Origin: Megasphaera sp.
Lineage (GTDB): Bacteria > Bacillota > Negativicutes > Veillonellales > Megasphaeraceae
DNA: 64,000 bases
Assembly: GCA_050874545.1 (NCBI GenBank)
Contig: JBNMKW010000004.1
Span: forward strand, 3,184-67,183
Direction of reading: 5' to 3'
Shown here one piece after another: positions 28,828 through 38,756 of this stretch (position 1 is the stretch's first letter; the number at the start of each line of letters is the position of its first letter). Under the pieces are notes generated by a model. It was not told the origin of the DNA. It did not search any database and was given only the letters and a program-made list of their open reading frames with translations. Position numbers and translations under genes: made by a program.

Positions 28828-29592
28828 TTATAACGAATTTCCTCCCAACTGAATAGACGCCACAGAAAGAAGAAATACCAGTCCCAGCAACGCCATTTCG
28901 CTGCCTTCCAATACTGCACCATAGGTATCTCCAGTAACACCGCCTAAAATACGGGTCAAATACCGATTGGCAGCCAAAGACAGCAGCATAGCTGCACCCA
29001 AAAGAACTAAGTATAAAAAACCGCTGTATATCACAGGCAGCAATGCCAAGACAAAGGCCCCTTTCATGGTATATGGCGGCGCATACTGCCGAAATGCTTT
29101 CCCCAGCCCCTGTTCTCTGGCATAGGAAAACTGAAAAATGCTAATAAGCGTACCAAACCGCGCAGCTGCTGGAATACCTGCCAGCGCCGCTAACGCCATA
29201 TCGGGAGCACAATTTGCCAAAAAGCAAATTTTTAACGACACTAAAAAGAAAAACGCAATAATACCGTTAGACCCAACACAGCTGTCTTTTAGTATTTCCA
29301 GCATCCGTTCTCGACTCCTGCCGGAAAATATACCATCCGCCGTATCCATGAAGCCATCGGCATGCAGTCCTCCTGTAATAAAAAGCCAAGCTAACACGAC
29401 AAGCAGCGACCGATACGGCTCACCCAAGATGACACTGCATCCTGTATACACCAAAGCAAGCAGGATACCGATAAGCCATCCAACTAAAGGGAACCATAAC
29501 ACAGCCCGCCCAAAATCCTCATTCGTCCAGACCGTTTGCTTAACAAGCTGGATGCGGGATAAAAACTGCAGTGCAATCAAAAAAGACTTCAT
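28828..29592 (-). CDS. cobS: Adenosylcobinamide-GDP ribazoletransferase (cobalamin synthase)
   Basis: ALQFLSRI, TGGLHADGFMDTADG, ILKDSCVGSNG, GGVTGDTYGA; start at ATG 29592 overlapping the cobU stop. Confidence 0.93.
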   Translation of the reverse strand: MKSFLIALQFLSRIQLVKQTVWTNEDFGRAVLWFPLVGWLIGILLALVYTGCSVILGEPYRSLLVVLAWLFITGGLHADGFMDTADGIFSGRSRERMLEILKDSCVGSNGIIAFFFLVSLKICFLANCAPDMALAALAGIPAAARFGTLISIFQFSYAREQGLGKAFRQYAPPYTMKGAFVLALLPVIYSGFLYLVLLGAAMLLSLAANRYLTRILGGVTGDTYGAVLEGSEMALLGLVFLLSVASIQLGGNSL

Positions 29593-30161
29593 ATCGTTCC
29601 TCCCAGCCGTACTTGCCGGCTTTTTAGTTCTATTGTAATGCCGCAAATGGTCGCGTATACTTCTGCCGCTTCTGCTGCCGCTTTCTGATTCACTGCGCCA
29701 ATCAATTCCCGATACAGTCGGCTGATTCGTCCCATCGGCACAATACCGCATCCCAATTCATTCGTAACAAACACGACTGTTTTTCCATTTGATGCGTGAA
29801 TGCACCGGCAAGTCTGCTTTATCTCCTGCAGTGCTTTTTCTATAATCACATCGTCTTCTTCAGCTTCATGGGCAAACAAAAAATTCGAGAAATACATTGT
29901 CAGACAATCCACCAACACCACATCGGCTTCCTGTAAAATCTGCGGCATCCGACGCGGCATGTCACACGGCATTTCTACCGTCTGCCAGCTGCTTGGCCGT
30001 CGTTTTTGATGCACAGTAATTTTCCGCTTCATTTCCTCATCCAATGCCTTGGCCGTTGCCACATAGATTTTGCGGCCTGCGCACGTTTTCAAATAGGTTT
30101 CTGCAAAAACGCTTTTGCCGCTCTTGGCTCCTCCCGTTACTAATATACATTTTCCTGACAT
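29589..30161 (-). CDS. cobU: Bifunctional adenosylcobinamide kinase / guanylyltransferase
   Basis: LVTGGAKSGKS, HQKRRP, LVDCLT, VTNELGCGIVP. Confidence 0.94.
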   Translation of the reverse strand: MSGKCILVTGGAKSGKSVFAETYLKTCAGRKIYVATAKALDEEMKRKITVHQKRRPSSWQTVEMPCDMPRRMPQILQEADVVLVDCLTMYFSNFLFAHEAEEDDVIIEKALQEIKQTCRCIHASNGKTVVFVTNELGCGIVPMGRISRLYRELIGAVNQKAAAEAAEVYATICGITIELKSRQVRLGGTI

Positions 30162-30303
30162 TATTAATTCCTCCCCAAAAAATATATCCTATATTATATC
30201 ATATCCCCCAACTCTCTTTTTTCTCCTTAGCCCTGTATATGCTATTTTCTATACATATGTACACGCTATCTGCCAATACCTCCATTAGTAACTAGTACGT
30301 CAT

Positions 30304-30351
30304 AAAAAAGCTGTAACAAAATGAACTCAAAATTTTCATTTTGTTACAGCT
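30304..30351. repeat. Long palindrome / terminator, member of a dispersed family
   Basis: Perfect 17-bp inverted repeat AGCTGTAACAAAATGAA-N9-TTCATTTTGTTACAGCT. Confidence 0.8.
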
Positions 30352-30364
30352 CCACAACATATGT

Positions 30365-30853
30365 CTATTTTCGTATTTCTGTATATAAATGGAACAGCTC
30401 CGGTAAAATAATTTTATCCATGCCTACTTTTATCAACTGCGGCAGTCCCGGCAAACAAAATACCAGACACTGATGTATAATGCCGGCAGCCGAGCGATAC
30501 GCCAACGCCTGTACACCACAAACACGGCGATATGCAAAATAAGTCATCATTTCCGAAAAACCTTGAATTTCTTTTTCAAACTGCGGCATAATCGTTTCCA
30601 ACGTGACATCCCGTTTGGGAAGCCCGGTGCCGCCGCTTGTAATAATCACATCCACACTGCATACCCATTCGTGTATATGGCGATTAATTTCATCTTTATC
30701 ATCTTTTACAATTTCATAATCTACGACTTGATGCCCACTATTTGCCAATGCTGACTGAATCATCAATCCGTTCGTGTCATCTGAAAAAGACCGGCTGTTG
30801 CTGATTGTCAAGATAGCCGCTCTTAAGGGATGTTCTTCTGTCGTTTTCCCCAC
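30365..30853 (-). CDS. MoaB/MogA-family molybdopterin adenylyltransferase
   Basis: IVKDD, ITSGGTG, RDVTLE, CLPGLP; GTG start with GGAGG RBS. Confidence 0.85.
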   Translation of the reverse strand: MGKTTEEHPLRAAILTISNSRSFSDDTNGLMIQSALANSGHQVVDYEIVKDDKDEINRHIHEWVCSVDVIITSGGTGLPKRDVTLETIMPQFEKEIQGFSEMMTYFAYRRVCGVQALAYRSAAGIIHQCLVFCLPGLPQLIKVGMDKIILPELFHLYTEIRK

Positions 30854-31115
30854 AATATTGCCTCCTTTTGCATACGAAATGTATGTTCCTTGTTCTTATA
30901 TAGTAATAATTCGACTTTCTATCATAAATTCCTACTTGCATTTTATAGAATCCTCTAAATCATATATCTCAATTTATCATAAAAGCAGCTGCAGGTGTTG
31001 TAAAATTTTTCCATTCCCGTATAATAGAAAAGGTATGTACAGTATGTAATATATTCTGTATGCATCATTCATTTATGGTTAGTAAAGATGGCATCTTGAA
31101 AGGAGATTTTGGCTT

Positions 31116-31565
31116 ATGCTACGAAAAATTACAGCGTTACTCGCCATGCTTACGCTCACAGGATCTATGCTGGTTTCAGCTATGTTCTTTGACGATAATC
31201 CCCGTTATATTCAAGTCGGCCATGACGATACGACAGAATCCTATATTGATACGACTTCCATTCAAAACGTTCGTTATGATCCGCCATATTATATGATTCG
31301 CGCAACTGTCATCACCTATGATTATACGACAAATACCGCTACCGGGTACGAAAATAATTTTTTCTACAACTTTAAAGGGCAAACTGTAAAAGCACAGACG
31401 ATTGCAACCTGTGTCTATAATGAAGACGGTACGCCGTCTCCCGCTGCACCGATAGCAAATCCAGAAGTAAATCTCTGTGACAGATATTCTGTCAATGGAA
31501 AAGCGGCAGACAATGCGTTCTTTAGCTGTTACAATATGACCTTTTATCATACATTTACCAACTAA
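31116..31565 (+). CDS. Hypothetical secreted protein
   Basis: Signal-peptide-like N-terminus ending in VSA; AAGGAG RBS; no recognised domain. Confidence 0.7.
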   Translation: MLRKITALLAMLTLTGSMLVSAMFFDDNPRYIQVGHDDTTESYIDTTSIQNVRYDPPYYMIRATVITYDYTTNTATGYENNFFYNFKGQTVKAQTIATCVYNEDGTPSPAAPIANPEVNLCDRYSVNGKAADNAFFSCYNMTFYHTFTN

Positions 31566-31600
31566 AGGCAACACCATTTTAACATAAAGGATTTGATAGC

Positions 31601-32563
31601 ATGGATTCATTACTTCACATCGGCGGTACGCTCGTCGCATTAATATTCTTTGGAGCTGTTATCTACTCACTTACGACTTCCTATCGCAAGCGGCAGCAAA
31701 AAGCACAGTACCAAAAAGACTTGACAGCCAAAAAACACGTACAGGTAAAACAACTGCACCAATACGATGTAACACCACAAAACGGATATTATATGTATCC
31801 TATTCCAGATGGAAAACAACTGAACCGGTATCCGCAGACATTTACAGCCATATCTGTCACGCTTGCCAGTAAACAGCCTTACTCTATCTGCTTAATTGGA
31901 TTTGCAGAATTTGAAAAAGGAGAACTAAAAGATACGCATTATTTCTATGTTCGTCCTCCTGAAGCCATTCACTCGATTAAAAACCATCCTGAATTGACAT
32001 GGGAAATTCTCAGCAAAGCCGATGAATTCGGCGAATATTGGAACGCCGGCATGAAAGACTATTTCACGACGCATACGCTGGTAGCTCATCATGCATCTTA
32101 TGTGTTAGGCTGCGTTGCCCATGCGCTAAAAATATACGGCATCGATATGCCGCCAGTTCATTATATTGATACGCTGGAAACAGCTAAGACTCTCTATCAT
32201 TTTTCTTCCAACCAACTTCCTGTAGTCTGCCAAGAAATGGACATCGAGCTAGATGAAAAAAACACCTTAAGTGCTGCCGCTGCTACCGGCCAATTTCTTA
32301 TCAAGGCTAAACAAGACTATCCCATGTATCTTCCTGCCATCCATTATCTATACAAAGATCCTGCAGAAAAGCAGCAACTGGCAAGTATTATTGCAGCTGT
32401 AGAACGGGAAGAATGCACACCGGAAGAAATGTTTGCACCCAATCCGGTAAATCAATCCATACTGCAGACACTGCTAGACAAAAAATATATCGAACCGGGA
32501 GAAAAAGAAGGCACATATTACGCCACCAATGAAGGGCTTGACTTTTCAGAATCTGTCAACTAA
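31601..32563 (+). CDS. Membrane-anchored DEDDh (DnaQ-like) exonuclease homologue with degenerate active site
   Basis: N-terminal TM; FTAISVTLA...SICLIG...VRPPE, LVAHHASY, YIDTLETAK align with the DnaQ-like fold. Confidence 0.65.
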   Translation: MDSLLHIGGTLVALIFFGAVIYSLTTSYRKRQQKAQYQKDLTAKKHVQVKQLHQYDVTPQNGYYMYPIPDGKQLNRYPQTFTAISVTLASKQPYSICLIGFAEFEKGELKDTHYFYVRPPEAIHSIKNHPELTWEILSKADEFGEYWNAGMKDYFTTHTLVAHHASYVLGCVAHALKIYGIDMPPVHYIDTLETAKTLYHFSSNQLPVVCQEMDIELDEKNTLSAAAATGQFLIKAKQDYPMYLPAIHYLYKDPAEKQQLASIIAAVEREECTPEEMFAPNPVNQSILQTLLDKKYIEPGEKEGTYYATNEGLDFSESVN

Positions 32564-32571
32564 CCGGTTGT

Positions 32572-32614
32572 AAAAAGACAATTGTTACATTTCAGTCACA
32601 ATTGTCTTTTTTTT
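32572..32614 (+). terminator. Intrinsic terminator
   Basis: AAAAAGACAATTGT-N12-ACAATTGTCTTTTT plus T run. Confidence 0.85.
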
Positions 32615-32672
32615 ATCGTTTTATATATCTTCTTCTGCTATCCTATATATAAACATTAAAGGAGGTCATACC

Positions 32673-33227
32673 ATGAAAAAATTCTCACATATGCTTGCCG
32701 TCGCAGCGTTAAGCATGTCTACTGCTGCCTTAGCCACACTATCCGTTGCCGCCTTGACAACACAAAAGCAACCATCGTCCATACAACAGCCAAGCCGTTA
32801 TGACATGCCAAATTATGTATTAACAGACAGTGCTTCCTATGCAGTATCCAAAGTGCTGATTGTCAACGGTAAAAAACTGGATGTACAGCCTTTGCAAATG
32901 AATACCTGTTTTCTTGTACCAGCTCGTGCTGTCAGTGATGCATTGGGATTTACGACACGCTGGGATGCCGCTGAACAAGCTGTAACGATAGTCGGCCCCT
33001 ACATGAAAACAACGCAGTATCTAGGCATAGATTTTTCCAGTGCCGTAACAACAATTCCCGGCGCAGTCGGCATGACAGCACCTGCTTCGTTTGGAGCCGC
33101 TCCACTATTAGTGAATAACACTGCCTATGTACCTGTAGAAATTTTTAAAATTATTCAGGGAAATGATCCTAACACACTCACTATCACTGACAAAACTATT
33201 GAATTAAAAACCATCACAACCAAATAA
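32673..33227 (+). CDS. Secreted protein with copper amine oxidase N-terminal (stalk)-like domain
   Basis: Signal peptide; LVPARAVSDALGFTTRWD and APLLVNNTAYVPV motifs; AAGGAGG RBS. Confidence 0.78.
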   Translation: MKKFSHMLAVAALSMSTAALATLSVAALTTQKQPSSIQQPSRYDMPNYVLTDSASYAVSKVLIVNGKKLDVQPLQMNTCFLVPARAVSDALGFTTRWDAAEQAVTIVGPYMKTTQYLGIDFSSAVTTIPGAVGMTAPASFGAAPLLVNNTAYVPVEIFKIIQGNDPNTLTITDKTIELKTITTK

Positions 33228-33467
33228 ACCAGCCGTCCCATATAATGTCTACAGTTGTGTTTTTCGTCCGCCTGGCAAACTACCAAATAATTTTGCGGAT
33301 AGATAATGCATACACTATGTTCTCCGTAATATGATATAGATTCACTATTTTCTATTAGACACTATAAGTCGTTCTTTTTCATACTAAACATTGACAATTT
33401 CTCCAAATGATGATACTATTTTGATGTTGCATGTATTTAAAATTTTTTTATATGAGGTGATGTATCA

Positions 33468-34055
33468 ATGGCAACGAGGAGAGAAGCACGTTTTAAGGAA
33501 TGTCGCCGGTTCGGACTCAATGTGTACGGACATCCTAAGGCATTAAAACGTGTGAAAAAAGAACAACGTCAGAAGAAAATGTCTGAATATGGCACACAGT
33601 TATTGGAAAAACAGAAACTTCGCGCATACTACAACTTGCTCGAACGTCAGTTTGTCCGTTATTATGATAAAGCCAAAAAGATGGACGGCGTAACTGGTCA
33701 GAACATGTTAAAATTGTTGGAATGCCGCTTGGATAACTTGGTATACCGTATCGGTTTTGCAAGCTCCATTCGCCAGGCTCGTCAGATGGTTAATCATGGC
33801 CACATCTTAGTTAATGGCAAACGTTGCGACATTCCGTCCGCACACGTAAAAGTTGGTTCTGTTATCGCTTTGAAAGAAGCTTCTCGTTCCAACGAAATGT
33901 ACAAAAAATCCTTCCAGGAATTAAAAACATTTGATGTTCCGTACATTGAAAAGAATTTCGACGGCTTCGAAGGCACACTTACACGTATGCCGGAACGTGA
34001 TGAAATTCCAGTAGAAATCAACGAAACACTTATCGTCGAATTGTACTCCAAATAA
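33468..34055 (+). CDS. rpsD: 30S ribosomal protein S4 (stand-alone, zinc-ribbon-less type)
   Basis: [45 protein letters not shown]; promoter TTGACA-N17-TACTAT upstream. Confidence 0.95.
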   Translation: MATRREARFKECRRFGLNVYGHPKALKRVKKEQRQKKMSEYGTQLLEKQKLRAYYNLLERQFVRYYDKAKKMDGVTGQNMLKLLECRLDNLVYRIGFASSIRQARQMVNHGHILVNGKRCDIPSAHVKVGSVIALKEASRSNEMYKKSFQELKTFDVPYIEKNFDGFEGTLTRMPERDEIPVEINETLIVELYSK

Positions 34056-34068
34056 TATTGGAAATTTC

Positions 34069-34166
34069 AAAGGACGTCCCGTATGGGGCGTTCTTTTTTT
34101 TTACTTTTTCCCTTTTCCCTTTGCGGATACTAAAAAAGGATGCCTGCATAAGGCATCCTTTTTTTT
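34069..34166. terminator. Two terminators between convergent rpsD and dehydrogenase genes
   Basis: AAAGGACGTCCC-GTAT-GGGGCGTTCTTT plus T run; AAAAAAGGATGCCT-GCATA-AGGCATCCTTTTTT. Confidence 0.85.
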
Positions 34167-34178
34167 AGATAGCGAAAA

Positions 34179-35585
34179 TTATTTCTTTTCAAAATCAATT
34201 ACTTTTCCCGGATTCAGAATCCAATTCGGGTCGATTGCTTTCTTAATGGTTTTCATCAATTCCAGTTCGACAGGATCGGTGTATTCTTCCATATATGCCA
34301 AGCGTTTGAGACCAATCCCATGTTCTCCCGAAAGGCGGCCGCCCAACCCGTATACGTATTTATATGCCGTAGCACGGAATTCTTTTAACTGTTTTACCCA
34401 TTCTTCATCGCTCATATCACATTTTAAAATTTGGAAATGCAAGTTGCCATCACCGGCATGAGCTAAACAAAATACTCGGAAATCGTATTTTTTGCTTTCT
34501 TTTACTAATGTTTGAATGCAGTCAGCAATCTTAGTTACTGGTACAACTAAATCTTCCGAAGTAGCTACTTTTGAAAAAACGCGCGTACTTTCCAAGCAGT
34601 TACGGCGAACTTTCCAAACGCGGTCATCGGCTTCTACTACATCCGTAGCCCCGCATTCTTCACAAATAGCTGCCAATTTTTCCATTTTATCATCTAATTC
34701 ACCTTCATTAAATGTTTCAATAGAAATAATATCATAACAGCCGTCTTCATAATGAGGCAAACGCAGTTCACTATAATCGCTGGCACTGCGAACAAAGTTA
34801 TTATCCATAAATTCAACCGATGTAGGATTTAAACCTGCTTTGACTAATTTAGGTACCAATGCCGTTGCCTTTGCCAAATCCGTAAAGACAGCCAATACAT
34901 CCAAACGGTACGGGCAAAGCGGCACTAATTTCAACGTCGCTTTAGTAATAATCCCTAAGGTACCTTCTGAACCAATAATCAGCTGATCCAAACAAAAGCC
35001 TGTAGAACATTTTTTCAGCGTAGCTCCCAAATGAGCAATTTTACCAGTCGGCAGTACGACTTCAATAGAATATACTTGGTGGCGTGTCGTGCCATATCGA
35101 ACAGCTTTATTGCCGCCGGCATTAGTTGCTAAATTGCCGCCAATCAAGCAGCTGTCTGAACTGCACGGGTCACCGGCGTACATAAGGCCTTTGGAATTTG
35201 CCAAATTTTGAATGTCAATCGTACGAACACCAGCTTCAACAGTCATATACATACCGTCTTCATTCAATTCCAAAATTTTATTCATTCGTTCCATCAATAC
35301 TACAATGCCTTCATATGCAGGAACGGCTCCACAGCTGACACTCGTACCGGCACTGCGCGGTGTAACCGGTACATGATATTGATTGGCTAATTTCATGATC
35401 GCTGCTACTTCTTCTGTACAGCCCGGCAACACGACTACTTCCGGTGTATGCCAAAATGAAGGAGCCAAACTTTCATCGGATTTATATACATCCAATACAT
35501 CGGCATCGGTTTTTACATTTTTATCACCAACAATATCTTTTAATGCTTGTATTACTTCATCTGTAACTTTATTATAGGGTTTCAT
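34179..35585 (-). CDS. FAD-linked D-2-hydroxyacid (D-lactate) dehydrogenase, GlcD-like
   Basis: GGNLATNAGG, IGSEGTLGIIT, HAGDGNLH, SGEHGIG, LNPGKV; GAGGAG RBS. Confidence 0.88.
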   Translation of the reverse strand: MKPYNKVTDEVIQALKDIVGDKNVKTDADVLDVYKSDESLAPSFWHTPEVVVLPGCTEEVAAIMKLANQYHVPVTPRSAGTSVSCGAVPAYEGIVVLMERMNKILELNEDGMYMTVEAGVRTIDIQNLANSKGLMYAGDPCSSDSCLIGGNLATNAGGNKAVRYGTTRHQVYSIEVVLPTGKIAHLGATLKKCSTGFCLDQLIIGSEGTLGIITKATLKLVPLCPYRLDVLAVFTDLAKATALVPKLVKAGLNPTSVEFMDNNFVRSASDYSELRLPHYEDGCYDIISIETFNEGELDDKMEKLAAICEECGATDVVEADDRVWKVRRNCLESTRVFSKVATSEDLVVPVTKIADCIQTLVKESKKYDFRVFCLAHAGDGNLHFQILKCDMSDEEWVKQLKEFRATAYKYVYGLGGRLSGEHGIGLKRLAYMEEYTDPVELELMKTIKKAIDPNWILNPGKVIDFEKK

Positions 35586-35739
35586 TATACTTCTCCTCAC
35601 TAATTCGCAACTTAAGTTTCTTCTAGTGCAACACTAGGTTGCAACATAACTATTATAGTACAAATTAAGCGATTTGTCTTCCCACCTTTTTTTATTTTTT
35701 TGCATATGTAGCTTATATTTTTTATATTTTTGCATACAG

Positions 35740-35788
35740 AAAAAAGGTAGAACGTATAAACAAAGAAATTATACGTTTTACCTTTTTT
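35740..35788 (-). terminator. Terminator after larA
   Basis: AAAAAGGTAGAACGTATAA...TTATACGTTTTACCTTTTT. Confidence 0.8.
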
Positions 35789-35816
35789 CGTATTTCTTTT
35801 AATTATTGAAATAAAT

Positions 35817-37115
35817 TTATTTTAATACAGGGAATGTCGCCGCAGCATGACCCATAATCGTAACTGTATAGTCCTTCTTGCCTTCGCTGGCTAATTCAGC
35901 CTGTGCCATGTTCCAAGCCTCTTCCAATGTCGCTGCCGGAATTTGGCCGCTCTGCCGAATAATGTCAAAATTTTCCGGACGCGTAACGATGTATACCTGT
36001 TTCATCGAATTGATAATACAATGTGTCTTAAAAGCAACAAAGGCCGGAATGGAAAAGTCTGCACGCAAGTCTTTTTCAAAGGCACTCATATCACTGCGGA
36101 AAAACCAATCTGTAAAAATAGCCGGTTCCTTGATGTCCGGGCAATCCAGTGTAAAAATCATAATACCGCCGGGTTTAGTCGCAAATACTGCGTTCATATG
36201 GGCTTTCGTACTTTGGTACAGATTCATGTCCTTAGGATAGCCACCGGCAGAACCAATCGTTACGTCCGCTTGTTTTTGAATGGTCACGCTGGCAATACGC
36301 AGCAAATCTTCGCAGCCTTTTTTCCATGCTTCATACCAATGACCGCCCACTACTTCGTATAAATCTCCGTCAGCAGTAAACACGGTGTTAACTAAAAATG
36401 CTGGATTGAGCAGTGCTGCGGCCTGACGCATATCATCATGCAGCGGATTATGTTCCAATAAACTCGTTTCACACAGGGGGTTGCAGCCGCCGCCAATTTC
36501 ATCAGTCAACGCCAAGGCATGATTGCGCATAATCGTTTCATAACTGGAAATTCCAGGAAGCACGCTTTTGCGGCCGCCACCAAATCCAGCCATCGGGTGG
36601 AATGATACGGCACCCGTTAAAATGACTTTGTCTGCTTCTACAGCGCGTCTGTCCAAGAAAATATCATTTCCATGTGTTGTCGTGCCGACTTTGACTAAAT
36701 TGGCTTCGTCACGGCAGTCATGATTGACAATGCGAAGACGCTGAACCATTTCTTTGCCGCAAACGACGACATTTTCTTCCGGTGTATGTGCCCGGTGCGT
36801 CCCCTGCGCAGTAATGACTGTAATTTGTTCATCTTTTACGCCTATGGCATTGAGTTCTTCTACAATAACAGGCAGCATTTGTGCTGTATGAACGATGCGT
36901 GTAATATCACTGACAACAATGGCCACCGTATCCGTCGCTTGGATGACTTCCCGAAGCGGCGCACTGCCAATAGGATGACGCAGGGCCTGACGTACGGCTG
37001 CCGCTTCATCTTTTACGGTTTCTACTTGATTACCGTGTAAATCATATAATATATGCGATTCATCCAACGATACTGTTTGGATACCTTTTCCACAAGGGAG
37101 AGAAAATGTTTTCAT
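35817..37115 (-). CDS. larA: Nickel-pincer-dependent alpha-hydroxyacid racemase, LarA family
   Basis: SDITR, GTHR, NHD, AGFGGGRKSVLPG, NH, GGYPKDMNLYQSTKA; start at ATG 37115 with AGGAG RBS. Confidence 0.85.
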   Translation of the reverse strand: MKTFSLPCGKGIQTVSLDESHILYDLHGNQVETVKDEAAAVRQALRHPIGSAPLREVIQATDTVAIVVSDITRIVHTAQMLPVIVEELNAIGVKDEQITVITAQGTHRAHTPEENVVVCGKEMVQRLRIVNHDCRDEANLVKVGTTTHGNDIFLDRRAVEADKVILTGAVSFHPMAGFGGGRKSVLPGISSYETIMRNHALALTDEIGGGCNPLCETSLLEHNPLHDDMRQAAALLNPAFLVNTVFTADGDLYEVVGGHWYEAWKKGCEDLLRIASVTIQKQADVTIGSAGGYPKDMNLYQSTKAHMNAVFATKPGGIMIFTLDCPDIKEPAIFTDWFFRSDMSAFEKDLRADFSIPAFVAFKTHCIINSMKQVYIVTRPENFDIIRQSGQIPAATLEEAWNMAQAELASEGKKDYTVTIMGHAAATFPVLK

Positions 37116-37153
37116 TTGGTTAGCTCCTAACTGCATTACATATCAAAAATTTT

Positions 37154-37891
37154 TTAGTCACTCATATGGTGGTCAGGAAATAATTCATGGATTTTACGCG
37201 CCGATTCTTCGTCCTGCTGTATTCCCTTCAATAACGTTTTTTCTGAATTTTCCATATGTTTTTTAGCCACTTTGCGCGCCATAGCACTATTATGCTGCGC
37301 AATATTTTCTACCATCTGGCGATGTTCTTCCCAGGTGGCAGCCAATCGTCCCGGATAATGCATAGAAATAGAACGGAAACGCAGCATTTGTTCTCGCAAA
37401 TTATGAAGAATATCTACTAAGCGTTGATTACGGCTGGCATGATACAATATATCATGAAAGCGAACATCGGCATCAACGATTTTATCAAACTTATCGTTAG
37501 CCATGTACTCATTAATTTCTACTAAAATGCGTTCCAAACATTCTAATTCATCCGGTGTAATTCGTTCTGCTGCTAAACCCGCAGCCAATTCCTCCAAGGC
37601 ACCTCGGATTTCAAAAACTTGAGAAATATCTTTCAAGGATATATCTGCCACATACGTGCCGCGCCGCGGCACCATGACTACAAATCCTTCCAATTCTAAT
37701 TTACGAATAGCTTCGCGTATCGGCGTACGGCTCACGCCTAATTCATCTGCCAGCTGGATTTCCATAAGTCGTTCACCCGGTTTTAATACGCCGTCTTTAA
37801 TGGCCTGCCGCAAAGCCTCACTAACGACATCCCGCAGCGGTTTATAGGCATCCAGCTGAATAGGTTCTAATTTATATTTCTTATTTTTCAT
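37154..37891 (-). CDS. GntR/FadR-family regulator (FCD domain)
   Basis: LKPGERLMEIQLADELGVSRTPIREAIRKLE; ADVRFHDILYHASRN. Confidence 0.92.
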   Translation of the reverse strand: MKNKKYKLEPIQLDAYKPLRDVVSEALRQAIKDGVLKPGERLMEIQLADELGVSRTPIREAIRKLELEGFVVMVPRRGTYVADISLKDISQVFEIRGALEELAAGLAAERITPDELECLERILVEINEYMANDKFDKIVDADVRFHDILYHASRNQRLVDILHNLREQMLRFRSISMHYPGRLAATWEEHRQMVENIAQHNSAMARKVAKKHMENSEKTLLKGIQQDEESARKIHELFPDHHMSD

Positions 37892-37898
37892 ACGTTCT

Positions 37899-38756
37899 TC
37901 ATTCACTCCTGACAAGTCTGCTTATATATACATCCATGGGCTGGGTACTTGCCTCATCCCGTATTTTATCATACAACTGCTGCCCTTTTTCCTGCGGCGG
38001 CACAAGGGCAAAAACCGTCGGTCCGCTGCCGGCCATCAAGGGACGAAGTCCATGCGCCTGCAAAAGATTGCGGCATGCTTCAATGAGCGGTACATCCGGA
38101 ATGACTAATTCTTCAAATGTATTTCCCATCGCATCTGTCAGCATGGTAAAATCATGCTGTCGCACAGCCTGCACCACTTTTTCTACTGCCACCGGCGTAA
38201 TCTGTTCGGACTGATCAAATAACCCGTATGCTTTACCCGTGTAGACAGGCACACGGGGATGAACAATCACTACTTCCCATGCAGGCAGGGACGGCAGTAC
38301 TTCTAATTGGTCTCCAATGCCTTGGCCGCGCCTGCTGCCGCCGCAAATACAAAAGGGAACATCAGCCCCCAGCGATGCACCGATTTGGCACAGCATTTCT
38401 TGTGATAAACCCAGCTGCCATAAGCGATTTAAGCCTCTCAATACAGCTGCACAGTCTGTACTGCCGCCTGCTAATCCGGCAGCAATAGGAATATGTTTTT
38501 CTATATGCACATGAGCACATCGCCCCTGACTGTACGGCTGCAGTGCTTGATAGGCTTTATAGGCCAAATTAGACTCATCACACGCAAGTCCCGGTACGGA
38601 ACAGGTCAACAGCCAATCGTCTGCTTCTTCCAGCTGGACAATATCATGCAGTGCAATGGATTGAAATACCGTATCGATATCATGATACCCATCATCTCGT
38701 TTTCCTGTTATCGCCAATGCCAGGTTAATTTTCCCGTAGCCAATTTCCTCTATCAC
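37899..38756 (-). CDS. ispE: 4-(cytidine 5'-diphospho)-2-C-methyl-D-erythritol kinase
   Basis: KINLAL, GYHDIDTVFQ, KHIPIAAGLAGGSTD, GADVPF, MAGSGPTVF; GTG start. Confidence 0.95.
   Translation of the reverse strand: MIEEIGYGKINLALAITGKRDDGYHDIDTVFQSIALHDIVQLEEADDWLLTCSVPGLACDESNLAYKAYQALQPYSQGRCAHVHIEKHIPIAAGLAGGSTDCAAVLRGLNRLWQLGLSQEMLCQIGASLGADVPFCICGGSRRGQGIGDQLEVLPSLPAWEVVIVHPRVPVYTGKAYGLFDQSEQITPVAVEKVVQAVRQHDFTMLTDAMGNTFEELVIPDVPLIEACRNLLQAHGLRPLMAGSGPTVFALVPPQEKGQQLYDKIRDEASTQPMDVYISRLVRSE

Noticed and set aside
28109-30364. cobU-cobS-cobC without cobT and without a cobalamin riboswitch
   Set aside because: No B12-box-like sequence is in the leader. The lower-ligand activating enzyme (CobT or ArsAB) may be encoded elsewhere, so no claim is possible.
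33407-33430. AAATGATGAT half-site as a Zur/Fur box upstream of rpsD
   Set aside because: Only the left half matches; the right half is not palindromic.
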